Part shown: positions 9,651 through 19,917 of the stretch, in pieces | Numbering within the stretch: the stretch's first letter is position 1 | Layout: each line of letters opens with the position of its first letter | From: Candidatus Phycocordibacter aenigmaticus | GTDB lineage: Bacteria > Patescibacteriota > Minisyncoccia > Phycocordibacterales > Phycocordibacteraceae | Length of the DNA stretch: 64,000 nucleotides | Assembly: GCA_045401115.1 (NCBI GenBank) | Contig: CP174359.1 | Span: 355,247 to 419,246, forward strand | Reading direction: 5' to 3' | Position numbers and translations under genes: made by a program | The notes under the pieces: generated by a model | Databases searched by the model: none | What the model saw: only the letters and a program-made list of their open reading frames with translations | What the model was told of the DNA's origin: nothing

Positions 9651-11435
9651 ATGCCTATTCGAAATATTGCAATTATTGCCCATGTTGACCATGGAAAAAC
9701 AACGCTCACCGATGCACTGATGCGGCAAACCGGTATGGTTGCCGATGATGTGTCCATGGACTCAGATTCAATTGAAAAAGAGCGGGGTATTACTATTTAT
9801 GCAAAAAATGGTTCTTTGGACTATAAGGGTACAAAAATCAATATTGTTGATACGCCGGGACACGCGGATTTTGGTAGTGAGGTAGAACGAGTATTGCGTT
9901 CAATTGACTCAGTGTTACTTGTGGTTGATGCTCAAGAAGGTCCTATGCCACAGACACGGTTTGTATTGAAAAAATCACTTGAACTTGGTCTGAAACCAAT
10001 TCTTGTTTTAAATAAAATTGATAAACCAGCGGCAGATGTGGACCGCGCTGAAGAGGAAGTGCTTGAGCTATTTCTTGAGCTTGGTGCGTCTGATGAGCAA
10101 TCAAATTTCCCCGTAGTGTACGCTATTGGTCTTGAGGGTGTCGCAAAGAAAAAAATGGAGGATGAGTTAAAAGATATGACGCCATTACTTGACACTATCC
10201 TTGAGGAGGTGTCTCCAGTAGACGCTTCAACTGAAGGTCCGTTTTTGTTCCAGCCATTTAATCTGGCGTATGATAACTTTCTTGGCCGACTTGCTATTGG
10301 GCGTGTATATGGTGGTGTTGCTAAAACAGGAGACGTTGTTTCGGTTATTACTCCCGAGGGTGAGGTGCGTAGTGGAAAGATTACCAAAATATTTAACTTT
10401 AAAGGGCTTGAGCGTGTGGCGGTTGATGAAACCGAAGCGGGTGATATTGCGGTACTTGCGGGCCTCCCGGATATTTTCATTGGCGAAACCATAACAAGTG
10501 ATGCGAGTCATGAACCGCTACCAGCTATCGCAGTTGATGAGCCGACTGTACGAGTAAACTTTTTAGTTAACAATTCGCCGTTCGCAGGACGCGAAGGAAA
10601 ATATGTTACGAGTAGGCAGCTGCGCGACCGTCTTGAGAAAGAACTTGAGGTAAACGTCGGGTTAACTGTTGACTTTACGGCGCCCGATAAGTTTGTATTG
10701 GCAGGACGCGGCGAGTTACACATCGCGGTCCTTTTAGAGAATATGCGGCGTGAGGGGTATGAAATGCAAATTTCACAACCGCAGGTGATTACCACTGAAA
10801 TAGATGGTAGAAAGCATGAGCCGTTTGAAGAAGTGATTATTGATGTGCCAAGTGAATTTCAAGGAACCGTGATTGAACGCTTAGGACGTCGTGGCTTTCA
10901 AATGACGGACATGAAAACTAATGGTGATGCTTTAGTGCGTATCATATTAGAAGGTCCAACACGTGGATTGTTGGGGTATAAAAATATTTTTGTCGTTGAC
11001 ACAAAAGGTGAGGGAATCCTCTCAAGCCGGGTGATAGGGTTTAAGCCGCATGCTGGGGAAATTAGTAAACGAGAAGTGGGTTCTATGACTTCTATGGCAA
11101 CTGGTAAAGCGCTTGGATACGCACTCTTTAATCTCCAAGACCGCGGCACGTTGTATATAGACGCCGGTACTGAGGTTTATGAAGGACAGGTTCTTGGTAA
11201 TACATCTAAAGGTGACGAAATGGTTGCGAATCCTACCAAAGGTAAAAATCTCACCAATGTGCGCGCATCAGGATCAGATGACGCTATTGCACTGGTACCA
11301 CCTTGGAAGCTGACTATTGAGCGTGGTATGGAAGTAATGAGTGATGACGAATATCTTGAGGTTACGCCGCACTCAGTTCGACTTCGTAAAGAACATCTTC
11401 GAGAAACCGACCGCTCCAAGGCAAAAAAGAATTAA
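9651..11435 (+). CDS. typA: Translational GTPase TypA/BipA
   Basis: [33 protein letters not shown] and the BipA C-terminal domain. Confidence 0.95.
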   Translation: MPIRNIAIIAHVDHGKTTLTDALMRQTGMVADDVSMDSDSIEKERGITIYAKNGSLDYKGTKINIVDTPGHADFGSEVERVLRSIDSVLLVVDAQEGPMPQTRFVLKKSLELGLKPILVLNKIDKPAADVDRAEEEVLELFLELGASDEQSNFPVVYAIGLEGVAKKKMEDELKDMTPLLDTILEEVSPVDASTEGPFLFQPFNLAYDNFLGRLAIGRVYGGVAKTGDVVSVITPEGEVRSGKITKIFNFKGLERVAVDETEAGDIAVLAGLPDIFIGETITSDASHEPLPAIAVDEPTVRVNFLVNNSPFAGREGKYVTSRQLRDRLEKELEVNVGLTVDFTAPDKFVLAGRGELHIAVLLENMRREGYEMQISQPQVITTEIDGRKHEPFEEVIIDVPSEFQGTVIERLGRRGFQMTDMKTNGDALVRIILEGPTRGLLGYKNIFVVDTKGEGILSSRVIGFKPHAGEISKREVGSMTSMATGKALGYALFNLQDRGTLYIDAGTEVYEGQVLGNTSKGDEMVANPTKGKNLTNVRASGSDDAIALVPPWKLTIERGMEVMSDDEYLEVTPHSVRLRKEHLRETDRSKAKKN

Positions 11436-11466
11436 AAAACGTATTTAAGAAGTACAATCCATGTCC

Positions 11467-11500
11467 TTTTAAACGGCTCACTCCAGTGAGCCGTTTAAAA
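11467..11500. repeat. Palindrome family copy 1 (TAAACGGCTCA...TGAGCCGTTTA)
   Basis: TTTTAAACGGCTCAC-TCCA-GTGAGCCGTTTAAAA between convergent typA and corA. Confidence 0.85.
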
Positions 11501-11514
11501 TAGAGCAAGTATTT

Positions 11515-12429
11515 TTAAAGCCACTTATTTTTTGAAAGTGTAAATATCAGGGTGGCCATAATTCCAGTGGTGCCAAAGAGGATGAAGTACGCGGCAAGTG
11601 GGTGTTCGCTACCGGGAAGGGCTACATTCATACCGTAAAAGCCGGTAATAACCATGGGGATGGTCAGAAGTACCGTGAGAGCAGTGAGGCGCCGGATAAT
11701 AGTATTAAGATGTTCTGTTGAGATTGCATTATACGCACTCCGAATATTAATCATAGTCCGGAGTGTGGCACGACCTGCTTCAATAAGTTGATTTGTTGAC
11801 AATATAATATCTTCAGCAACATCCTCATCTGCTTCATGGATATTTAATGCTTTCCCAACAAGTATTTTGTTAAGCACTACCTGCTGCGGTATAAGTGCGT
11901 CTAAATAGTCGCTTACTGTGCTTTCATACGAGACGAATTGGACAATATCTTTTGAAGACATCTTATCTGGCCTGGTTTTTAAACGGTTCACGTCACGTCG
12001 AATGGAACTAATTGCGACTGTATAGTTACGATTTATTTCAGAGAGTATAAGGAGTAAAAAACGTGCCTTTTGTGTTGTATAAAAATCAATATGACCTTCA
12101 CGAAATTTTTTCATGATCACGCTGTCTTCTTGTTCGATAGTCAGTACACCTTCTTTGGCAACCACCACTAGAAGGGGGACAGTACTCTCTCCTTGTGGGT
12201 AGCGCATAAAGATGTACACTGCGCCATCTTCCGCTTCAAAGCGCGGCACTTCATATGGGTCAAGAGCATCTCTGAGTGTGTCGAGATCTAAGCTGAGTGT
12301 GTCAGCAGCAGCTTGGAGTTCTTCCTCAGTTGGACGAGTGAGTTGTATCCAAGCACCTTTTTGGAACGCTTCCACAGCTCGTGGTTTTCGATAGGTAATA
12401 CTCCGTTGGTATATAGTTCGCATGAACAC
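11515..12429 (-). CDS. corA: CorA-family Mg2+ transporter
   Basis: GFYGMNV signature and two C-terminal TM helices. Confidence 0.9.
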   Translation of the reverse strand: MFMRTIYQRSITYRKPRAVEAFQKGAWIQLTRPTEEELQAAADTLSLDLDTLRDALDPYEVPRFEAEDGAVYIFMRYPQGESTVPLLVVVAKEGVLTIEQEDSVIMKKFREGHIDFYTTQKARFLLLILSEINRNYTVAISSIRRDVNRLKTRPDKMSSKDIVQFVSYESTVSDYLDALIPQQVVLNKILVGKALNIHEADEDVAEDIILSTNQLIEAGRATLRTMINIRSAYNAISTEHLNTIIRRLTALTVLLTIPMVITGFYGMNVALPGSEHPLAAYFILFGTTGIMATLIFTLSKNKWL

Positions 12430-12507
12430 AGTGTATCAGGAACTTATGCAATTACAGGCATTTCTTTGACAAACTGTTGGGGGTATAGGATGCTAAAGGT
12501 ATTATAT

Positions 12508-13419
12508 ATGCGGCACACACTCATAAGAATACTTCTAGTAATTATCTTCGGCGCTATTGTTACAGGTGGCGTGCTTCTTTTTAATAATTTTAACGCTATA
12601 GAGGCACACGAACTTCGCTTTGAAAATAGAGTAATTGTGAGTGAGGGGCGAGATCGTGTGTATATGCTGGGAGTTCCTAGCCAGCAGACATATGAACCAG
12701 TGCCACTTTTGGTGGTTCTTCATGGCGGTGGCTCTAGTGCTGAAGATGTACAAGAACGCACTGATTTTGAGACTGCGTATCGAGTCCTTAAAAAACCGGT
12801 CGCCATTGCGTATCCAGAGGGAACACCTGATAGACCGGAGGATGATCACAATGTATGGAATGCAGAGCGTTGCTGCGATATTGCTTTAGAAGAGGATATT
12901 TCTGATGCAGAATTTCTTTCTGCTGTAGTTACGGATATTGCCAATATAATTCCGATTCGTTCAGTGTCGGTCGTTGGATTTTCAAATGGTGCCATGATGG
13001 CAACACATTGGGCGTGTCACCCGGAAAGTCCAGTTGATTTTATGATCTCAGTAGATGGAGGCGTTAAGGTGCTGGAAAATTGTGAACGTCGTGATTGGTC
13101 GGGGATATTTTTTGGCTTTAATAATGAATTGAAACCAATTCCTGAAGGAGGTACGACTATCCATAAAAACCTTTTCACCTCACCAGAGGGGGGAGGATGG
13201 GATACAACACGTTTTCAGTGTCAACAGTCGCAGGGTGGTGAACATAGAACACGTACACAACTTATAGAGGTGTCTGGATATTATGATTGCGCTGGTGGGT
13301 CGTTTAAAGAAATATGGAATCTAAGTGATGAACACGCATGGCCCACATTCTCACTTTGGTCAGAGGTGCGCAATACGTATGAATCTTTTGAGGAATGGGT
13401 ATGGCATAGCGTGCCATAA
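12508..13419 (+). CDS. Exported alpha/beta hydrolase (PHB depolymerase/LpqC-like esterase)
   Basis: N-terminal TM, LHGGG oxyanion motif, WNA..CC, GFSNG nucleophile, HAWP. Confidence 0.75.
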   Translation: MRHTLIRILLVIIFGAIVTGGVLLFNNFNAIEAHELRFENRVIVSEGRDRVYMLGVPSQQTYEPVPLLVVLHGGGSSAEDVQERTDFETAYRVLKKPVAIAYPEGTPDRPEDDHNVWNAERCCDIALEEDISDAEFLSAVVTDIANIIPIRSVSVVGFSNGAMMATHWACHPESPVDFMISVDGGVKVLENCERRDWSGIFFGFNNELKPIPEGGTTIHKNLFTSPEGGGWDTTRFQCQQSQGGEHRTRTQLIEVSGYYDCAGGSFKEIWNLSDEHAWPTFSLWSEVRNTYESFEEWVWHSVP

Positions 13420-13439
13420 TATACGATACAATACAGATT

Positions 13440-13910
13440 ATGCAGAATACCTTACGTAACCTTCGCCGTTTTGCGTTTCCCACACTTCTTATCTTTTCCG
13501 TACTGGGGATTATTAATGCTGGGTATCTAACACTCACTGCGTTTGCGGGGGTCTCACCAACGTGTAATTTTCTCCATGGTTGTGCTGAGGTTGCTTCGAG
13601 TCCGTATTCAAAAGTGTTTGGTATCCCGCTCGCGCTTTTTGGGGTGTTCTTCTACAGTATTGTTGCTGGTTTTTCGTTGTGGGGGATGATTGATAACAAA
13701 GCTCCAGTGTATAATTTTATCCTTGTGCTTACAGTGCTTGGTTTCATCCTCTCGCTGTATTTTCTTTATTTACAGGCATTTATTATTCAAGCATTTTGTG
13801 AGTATTGTCTCTTTTCGCTTTTTGATGCCACAGTGCTTTTACTTACCACTCTGTTTTTTCTCCCTAAAAAATCTTCACCTATTAAACAGAAACTTTCAAA
13901 TAATATATAA
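13440..13910 (+). CDS. Vitamin K epoxide reductase (VKOR) family protein
   Basis: C-x5-C, SPYS, GIP and the FCEYC motif. Confidence 0.9.
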   Translation: MQNTLRNLRRFAFPTLLIFSVLGIINAGYLTLTAFAGVSPTCNFLHGCAEVASSPYSKVFGIPLALFGVFFYSIVAGFSLWGMIDNKAPVYNFILVLTVLGFILSLYFLYLQAFIIQAFCEYCLFSLFDATVLLLTTLFFLPKKSSPIKQKLSNNI

Positions 13911-13949
13911 AAATACGGTATAATAACCACGTAATCGATTTTTTCTCCC

Positions 13950-14678
13950 ATGAGTATTATTGGACATATTCGCACTATTCCTGACCGTGGAAAATCAGAT
14001 GCGGTGAAAAAGCTAATCAAAGAATCTACTCCAGATTTTGACTTCTTTTTCTTGACCGTGTTGGCGGTGCTCATGGCAACGTTTGGGCTTTTGGAGAATA
14101 ATACTGCGGTGGTCATCGGAAGTATGTTGGTAGCACCAATCCTTTTTCCCATCCTCTCTCTTTCGCTTTCAATTGTAATGAGTGATTACAAGTTAATTGT
14201 TCGGGCATCGGGGACACTCATGAAGACGGTCATATTAGGTGTTTCTATGTCATTTTTTGCAACCCTTTTCCTTGGAGGTGGTGATGTACTAACACCTGAA
14301 ATCATTGCCCGTATTGAACCATCCCTTCTGTCTATTGCGATCGCTATAGTTTCTGGTTTTGCGGTTGCTTACGCGCTTGTACTCCCTGAAATGAACGAGG
14401 CGTTTCCTGGAGTTGCGGTGGCAGTAGCATTAATTCCACCATTAGCTGTTATTGGAATTGGGCTCGCGGCGTTTAATTGGACGGTTATTGCTGGAGCGGC
14501 AATTTATCTTTTGGTTAATGTGATAGGAATTATATTTGCTAGTATGCTCATGTTCTCACTGATGGATTTATATCAAAAACGTACAATCGCATCGAAAACA
14601 GCTGTTTCTGCCGACCGGGAAGCCGAACTTGAAACAAAAAAGATTCAAGAAAAAGAAGACGAAGAACTTAATGCGTAA
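13950..14678 (+). CDS. DUF389/TIGR00341-type membrane protein
   Basis: AVVIGSMLVAP and PGVAVAVALIPPL motifs. Confidence 0.85.
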   Translation: MSIIGHIRTIPDRGKSDAVKKLIKESTPDFDFFFLTVLAVLMATFGLLENNTAVVIGSMLVAPILFPILSLSLSIVMSDYKLIVRASGTLMKTVILGVSMSFFATLFLGGGDVLTPEIIARIEPSLLSIAIAIVSGFAVAYALVLPEMNEAFPGVAVAVALIPPLAVIGIGLAAFNWTVIAGAAIYLLVNVIGIIFASMLMFSLMDLYQKRTIASKTAVSADREAELETKKIQEKEDEELNA

Positions 14679-14693
14679 TATATTCAATTCAAT

Positions 14694-15167
14694 ATGTCTC
14701 ATACTGCCATAAACACACCTGCCCCTGAATTCACTCTTTCTGATCAAAACGGTAATGTGCACACTCTTTCTCAATATAAAGGACAGTGGGTGTTGCTTTA
14801 TTTCTATCCAAAAGATGACACTCCTGGTTGTACTAAAGAGGCGTGTGCAATTCGTGATACCTTTCCAGAATTTTCTGCTATCAACGCTCAAGTGTTTGGG
14901 GTTTCAAAAGATTCAGTCGCCAGTCATAAAAAATTTGCTGAAAAATATTCACTTCCATTTCCATTACTTTCGGATGAAGACGGCACGGTGGTAGGGCAGT
15001 ATGGTGTATGGCAGGAAAAGCAGTTTATGGGAAAGAAGTATATGGGTATTATGCGCTCCTCGTTTCTTATTGATCCTGACGGTATAATCAAGAAAGTATA
15101 TGAAAAAGTCAGGCCCGAACAACACGCCGAAGAAGTCATCGAAGACCTCAAAAGTCTCAGCGCGTAA
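14694..15167 (+). CDS. bcp: Thioredoxin-dependent peroxiredoxin Bcp
   Basis: FYPKDDTPGCTKEAC motif. Confidence 0.93.
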   Translation: MSHTAINTPAPEFTLSDQNGNVHTLSQYKGQWVLLYFYPKDDTPGCTKEACAIRDTFPEFSAINAQVFGVSKDSVASHKKFAEKYSLPFPLLSDEDGTVVGQYGVWQEKQFMGKKYMGIMRSSFLIDPDGIIKKVYEKVRPEQHAEEVIEDLKSLSA

Positions 15168-15807
15168 AGAACGTGTACAACGTATTGTCGCGTACCTTAA
15201 GAAGGCATATCCAAAACCAAAAACTGAATTACAGTATGACACTCAGTTCCAGCTTGTTGCTGCTGTAATGTTGTCTGCTCAATGCACTGATAAAGCGGTC
15301 AATAAAGTGACGCGACTGCTTTTTAAAAAATATCGTACCGTAAAAGATTTTGCTAAGGCAGACCCGGTAACATTCCAAAAAGAGATTTCCTCTATCCCGT
15401 TCTTTCGCAATAAAGCGAAAGCTATCGTGGGCGCAGCACAAAAGATTGTTGCTGAACATGGCGCGCGTGTGCCACGAACCGAAGAAGCGCTTGTAGAATT
15501 GCCCGGGATAGGATACAAGACCGCGCATGTTATTTTAGGTGAGTTGTTTGGTATTTGGGAAGGAATCGCCACCGATACTCACGTGCGCCGCTTCGCGATT
15601 CGCTTCGATCTAACCGACAACACTGATCTAACAAAGATTTCAAAGGACCTCGAAACACTTGTACCTAAGAAAGATTGGAAATATATTAATAACGGTCTTG
15701 TGCTGTATGGAAGATATATATGCCCCGCCAAAAAACATGACTGTAAAAATCACCCGCTCACCGCAATCTACCCGCCAAGTGAAACTATCTGGCCAAAATC
15801 TAAATAA
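15100..15807 (+). CDS. nth: Endonuclease III (HhH-GPD glycosylase)
   Basis: LSAQCTD, LPGIGYKTA and DTHV motifs. The Fe-S motif is degenerate. Confidence 0.88.
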   Translation: MKKSGPNNTPKKSSKTSKVSARKERVQRIVAYLKKAYPKPKTELQYDTQFQLVAAVMLSAQCTDKAVNKVTRLLFKKYRTVKDFAKADPVTFQKEISSIPFFRNKAKAIVGAAQKIVAEHGARVPRTEEALVELPGIGYKTAHVILGELFGIWEGIATDTHVRRFAIRFDLTDNTDLTKISKDLETLVPKKDWKYINNGLVLYGRYICPAKKHDCKNHPLTAIYPPSETIWPKSK

Positions 15808-16597
15808 ATTTACCCGCACTGTTCTCGACTTTTATCATAAAGAAGGTCGACGACATTTACCGTGGCGCACCACAAAAAATCCATTCCGTATCTTCGTATC
15901 TGAAGTGATGCTTCAGCAAACACAGGTTGATAGAGTTATTCCTTACTATAAAGATTTTTTAAAACGATTTTCTACGCCTAATACATTAGCAGAAGCTTCG
16001 CTGGGCGACGTACTTCGAGTATGGAGTGGACTTGGCTACAATCGGCGTGCAAAAATGATGCACCAAGCGGCCCAAGTGGTGCGTAGGGAATATGCCGGTC
16101 GTATGCCACGTTCGTATGAAGAGTTATTAGCGCTGCCGGGCGTGGGTGATTACACTGCAAAGGCAGTACGTGTGTTTGCATATAATGAGCCGGAGTTCAT
16201 GATCGAGACCAATATTCGCGCTGTGTTTCTACACCACTTTTTCCCAAATGTCGAAGCGGTGGAGGATACTGACATTATGGAATACATGGCACGGGTAGGT
16301 ATACCTGATGAGCCGCGGATATGGTATGCGGCACTTATGGACTACGGTTCGTATCTTAAAAAAAGTCATATAAATCCGTCACGAAAAAGCAAGCGCCACA
16401 TAACACAAAAACCGTTCAAAGGTTCAAGCCGCGAGGTGCGCGGCGCGTTGATACGCGCAGTGAGCGAGCATCCACAAACGCAAAAAGAGCTCCACACACT
16501 TCCTTTTAATAAAGAGAAAATCGACGTTCAGATTGCCGCTCTTTGCGATGAAGGTATGCTCGTCTACTACCGCCGCCGATACGGACTTCCTGAGTAA
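15779..16597 (+). CDS. mutY: Short MutY-like A/G-specific adenine glycosylase
   Basis: LPWR, SEVMLQQTQV, WSGLGY and LPGVGDYTA motifs. The GTG start is inferred. Confidence 0.85.
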   Translation: MKLSGQNLNKFTRTVLDFYHKEGRRHLPWRTTKNPFRIFVSEVMLQQTQVDRVIPYYKDFLKRFSTPNTLAEASLGDVLRVWSGLGYNRRAKMMHQAAQVVRREYAGRMPRSYEELLALPGVGDYTAKAVRVFAYNEPEFMIETNIRAVFLHHFFPNVEAVEDTDIMEYMARVGIPDEPRIWYAALMDYGSYLKKSHINPSRKSKRHITQKPFKGSSREVRGALIRAVSEHPQTQKELHTLPFNKEKIDVQIAALCDEGMLVYYRRRYGLPE

Positions 16598-16620
16598 GAT
16601 TCAAAGGGTTTGTCAGTGCT

Positions 16621-17817
16621 CTAGCGGCTGTCTTGGATGCGTTGTGCAAGTGGTACACCGATCAGTATCGTTGCTCCTATGAAACCAAAGAGCCATTGAA
16701 GGTCGGTGATTGGAAGAAAAACAAGCGCCACCACCGGAGCAGTAATAACGGCAAGCGGAGATATCATGCGGAAAATGCCGATGAGTGCCGAATCTTTCTC
16801 GGTGACCTGTTTGAAAAAGTAGCTCTCCGTAGATATCTCTATAAATGCTGCTCCAACGCGGGTAAAAATAAACGGAAGTATCCAGAGCGTGAGGTACGTT
16901 ACTGGTACAAGAGAAAGTGCGGCGGTACTAAATGAGAGTATAAAGAGGCCGGTGATCATCAGTTCTTTTTCCCCAAGAAATTTATCGGCTATGGTCCCTA
17001 AAGGGTATTCAAGTACGAGGTAGGGAATAAGGGCAATGGCGATAATGATTCCGATAACTTGCCATGAGTAGCCGGCTTGTACAAGGAAAAGAGGGACATA
17101 GATGGTATAAATAATGGTTGTTGCGCGAAATATAAGGTGGATGAACATGGTGTAGCGGACACTAGTTTGGCACGTCCATAGTGCTTTGAAACTCCTAATG
17201 AAGTGCCCGGGTTCTGGAAGGGTGGGGGTAAGTTTTTTAAGGCGTACGACGACAAGCCACAGCAAAGGTGTGAGTGCTATCGCTGAAAATATGTAGGCAG
17301 GGGTATAGTTCGTGCCAAATACAAGTAGTGACGCTATAATAGGACCCAATACTGCTCCTAAACTAAAGCCGGTAATGTAACTGCCGCGGGCGTTTCCGGT
17401 ATGTGATTCGTCTTTCACCTGTGCTTCGACATAGAGGTCGAGCAGAAAAGGGACCATTCGTGCAAAGAGGGTACGGAGCATAAAGAACAGCCCAGCGGCC
17501 ACAGTGGTGGCAGCGAACCCAAAAAATAAGATAAGTATCTGGAGAAGGAGAATTGAGATAATGAGCGTTTTCCAAACCCCGAGTCTCCCTACAATAAAAG
17601 GAGCGGCTATCATAGTTGCTATAGCCAATACTGAAGAAGCAATATAGAGGAGGCTTATTGCCTCAGGTGAGAAGAATTGACCGAGAAACGATGAGTTAAT
17701 AAAAGTGGTGGTAATGAGGCTTATCGAAAAAATAAAATTAACCCCGGCGAGAAGCATGAGGGTGTTGAAGAAGCGACGAGCGCGCGTGAAAACGGCATGA
17801 AGCCGCGACAAATGCAT
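16621..17817 (-). CDS. MFS transporter
   Basis: ~12 TM segments, with an MFS motif-A-like G.IADKFLGEK. Confidence 0.85.
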   Translation of the reverse strand: MHLSRLHAVFTRARRFFNTLMLLAGVNFIFSISLITTTFINSSFLGQFFSPEAISLLYIASSVLAIATMIAAPFIVGRLGVWKTLIISILLLQILILFFGFAATTVAAGLFFMLRTLFARMVPFLLDLYVEAQVKDESHTGNARGSYITGFSLGAVLGPIIASLLVFGTNYTPAYIFSAIALTPLLWLVVVRLKKLTPTLPEPGHFIRSFKALWTCQTSVRYTMFIHLIFRATTIIYTIYVPLFLVQAGYSWQVIGIIIAIALIPYLVLEYPLGTIADKFLGEKELMITGLFILSFSTAALSLVPVTYLTLWILPFIFTRVGAAFIEISTESYFFKQVTEKDSALIGIFRMISPLAVITAPVVALVFLPITDLQWLFGFIGATILIGVPLAQRIQDSR

Positions 17818-17874
17818 ACTGCGGTAAAGTATAGCGTATCCGTGGTATATCTTTTACACACATAGTGGCATTGT

Positions 17875-17900
17875 AAAAAACCGCCTTGAGGGCGGTTTTT
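17875..17900. terminator. Intrinsic terminator downstream of rnj
   Basis: AAAAAACCGCC...GGCGGTTTTT hairpin. Confidence 0.6.
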
Positions 17901-17921
17901 AGTTTGGGCGACAGAAATATA

Positions 17922-19895
17922 TTAGACCCCTATCAGCACTGGAATTACCATCGGACGTTTTGACGTTTTCTGTAAGAGGTATCGCTCAACAGTATCAGTC
18001 AAGTTACTCTTTACATATTCAAGGTCAACAGGATTCATGTTATGTGTCATATCCTCAATACTCTTTTTAATAAGGAGTCGTGTCTCGCTTAATAGTCCTT
18101 GTGATTCGCGAAGGTACACGAAACCACGGGAAATGATATCAGGTGATTTTTTCAACTGTCCGGTACGCACATTCACCGTTGCGATAATGACAAACATTCC
18201 ATCTTTAGCAAGTGCTTGGCGGTCACGGATGACTACTTCTTGCATGTCACCGATAGAGAAGCCATCAACCATCATTGGTCCTGAAGGTACTGTCTCTTTG
18301 CGAATAGTCAGATCGGTGCCATTTTTAATCTCAATTACCATGCCATTGTCGGCAATAATGACACCTTCTTTTGGAAAACCACTTTCAACATGAGCTGCCG
18401 CATGGTTACGAAGCATTGAATGGAAGCCATACGCTGGCATCACGAATCGTGGTTTGATTTGTTCACGCATCCATATCAATTCTCCGGTGTATCCGTGTCC
18501 CGTTGAGTGCACATCACTTGAACGGTAGTGCACAATATTAAGTCCATGTCGGTACAGGTTATCTTTCAGACGTTGTACTGATATCTCATTACCTGGAATG
18601 ACAGAAGACGAAAGAACAATAGTATCCCGTGGTGTGAATTTAATCGTTTTATGGCGTCCTGTTGCGATACGCATAAGTGCTGCTTGTTCTTCACCTTGAG
18701 CTCCGGTAGCAATGATGACAATTTTGTCAGGTGCATAGTCATCAATTTGATCAGAAGGAATAATAGTTCCTGGTTTTGGCTTAAAGAATTCGGCACGTTG
18801 CGCGATTTCAATATTAGTTTTCACTGAGCGACCTTCGAGGACTATCTTTTTACCAAGTTTCTCTGCAGTCTCCACAATGTGAATCATGCGGTGAAAATTT
18901 GATGCAAAGAGTCCAATAATAAGTCGTCCATCTGCAGCGGTGATAATTTCTTCAAGCGTCCCATAAATTTTTGTTTCAGGGATAGAGAAGCCACCACGCT
19001 CAGCGTTTGTTGAGTCGGCAATAAATACAATATTGTCGTCTTTACCAAGTTCGCCCCACACTTTCTTCTCCTCTTCAGTTGGTTCACCGTCAACGTGTTC
19101 AAGTTTTAAGTCTCCAGAAAGTACAACATTGCCGTGTTTCGTGTGCACTGAAAGACCCATTGAATCGGGAATGGAGTGCGTAACAGGGAATGTCTTTACC
19201 ACCAGATTGCCGCCGCTTGGTGACTCAATTTGTACACGTCCACCAATCTCGACAACATTCATGTTGAGTTTTGGTAGATGAGGGAACTCTTCATGACGTT
19301 TTTTAATCATGAGGCTGGTCAAATACTGCGTATAAATTGGCGGGTTACCAATACGATCTATGATGTAGGGGATACCACCGATATGGTCAAGGTGGCCGTG
19401 AGTAATAAAGAGTGCCAGAATGCGATCCTTATTCTTTTCAAGCCAACGCGTGTTAGGAAGTACGTAGTCAATTCCCGGTGCCTCAGTGTCACTCATAAAC
19501 TGGAAGCCGGCATCAGATACAATAATACCTTCAGGTGTCTCAATTGCTGTCATATTACGACCTACTTCTTCAACGCCACCAAGTGGAATAATGCGCACCG
19601 CATCCGGGTCAATTGGCGGGAGCTCTACGACTTCACTTTTTTTGAGATTTGCCATACCAGCGTCACGAAGTGGTTTCGGTGCTGGTCGTCTAAAGTTGTC
19701 ACGTCGAGGTCGCTTATTGTTACGGGTACGGTTTTGGGCACCGCTTCGTTTAGGGCGACCCCCACCTTGTTGGGGACGTCCACGTCCTCCTTTAGCGCCG
19801 CCGGCGTTGCGGGGTCGTTGTGTCCCTGTTGTTTTTCTATCGTTTTGAGCGGTCTGTGTTCCGCGGTTTTCTGGTGAATTAGTATCTGATTGCAT
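17922..19895 (-). CDS. rnj: Ribonuclease J
   Basis: PLGGVEEVGRNM, THGHLDHIG, THSIPD and HSTGH motifs, with an Arg-rich disordered N-terminus. Confidence 0.95.
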   Translation of the reverse strand: MQSDTNSPENRGTQTAQNDRKTTGTQRPRNAGGAKGGRGRPQQGGGRPKRSGAQNRTRNNKRPRRDNFRRPAPKPLRDAGMANLKKSEVVELPPIDPDAVRIIPLGGVEEVGRNMTAIETPEGIIVSDAGFQFMSDTEAPGIDYVLPNTRWLEKNKDRILALFITHGHLDHIGGIPYIIDRIGNPPIYTQYLTSLMIKKRHEEFPHLPKLNMNVVEIGGRVQIESPSGGNLVVKTFPVTHSIPDSMGLSVHTKHGNVVLSGDLKLEHVDGEPTEEEKKVWGELGKDDNIVFIADSTNAERGGFSIPETKIYGTLEEIITAADGRLIIGLFASNFHRMIHIVETAEKLGKKIVLEGRSVKTNIEIAQRAEFFKPKPGTIIPSDQIDDYAPDKIVIIATGAQGEEQAALMRIATGRHKTIKFTPRDTIVLSSSVIPGNEISVQRLKDNLYRHGLNIVHYRSSDVHSTGHGYTGELIWMREQIKPRFVMPAYGFHSMLRNHAAAHVESGFPKEGVIIADNGMVIEIKNGTDLTIRKETVPSGPMMVDGFSIGDMQEVVIRDRQALAKDGMFVIIATVNVRTGQLKKSPDIISRGFVYLRESQGLLSETRLLIKKSIEDMTHNMNPVDLEYVKSNLTDTVERYLLQKTSKRPMVIPVLIGV

Positions 19896-19917
19896 AATAA
19901 TATCTAATGATTAATGG

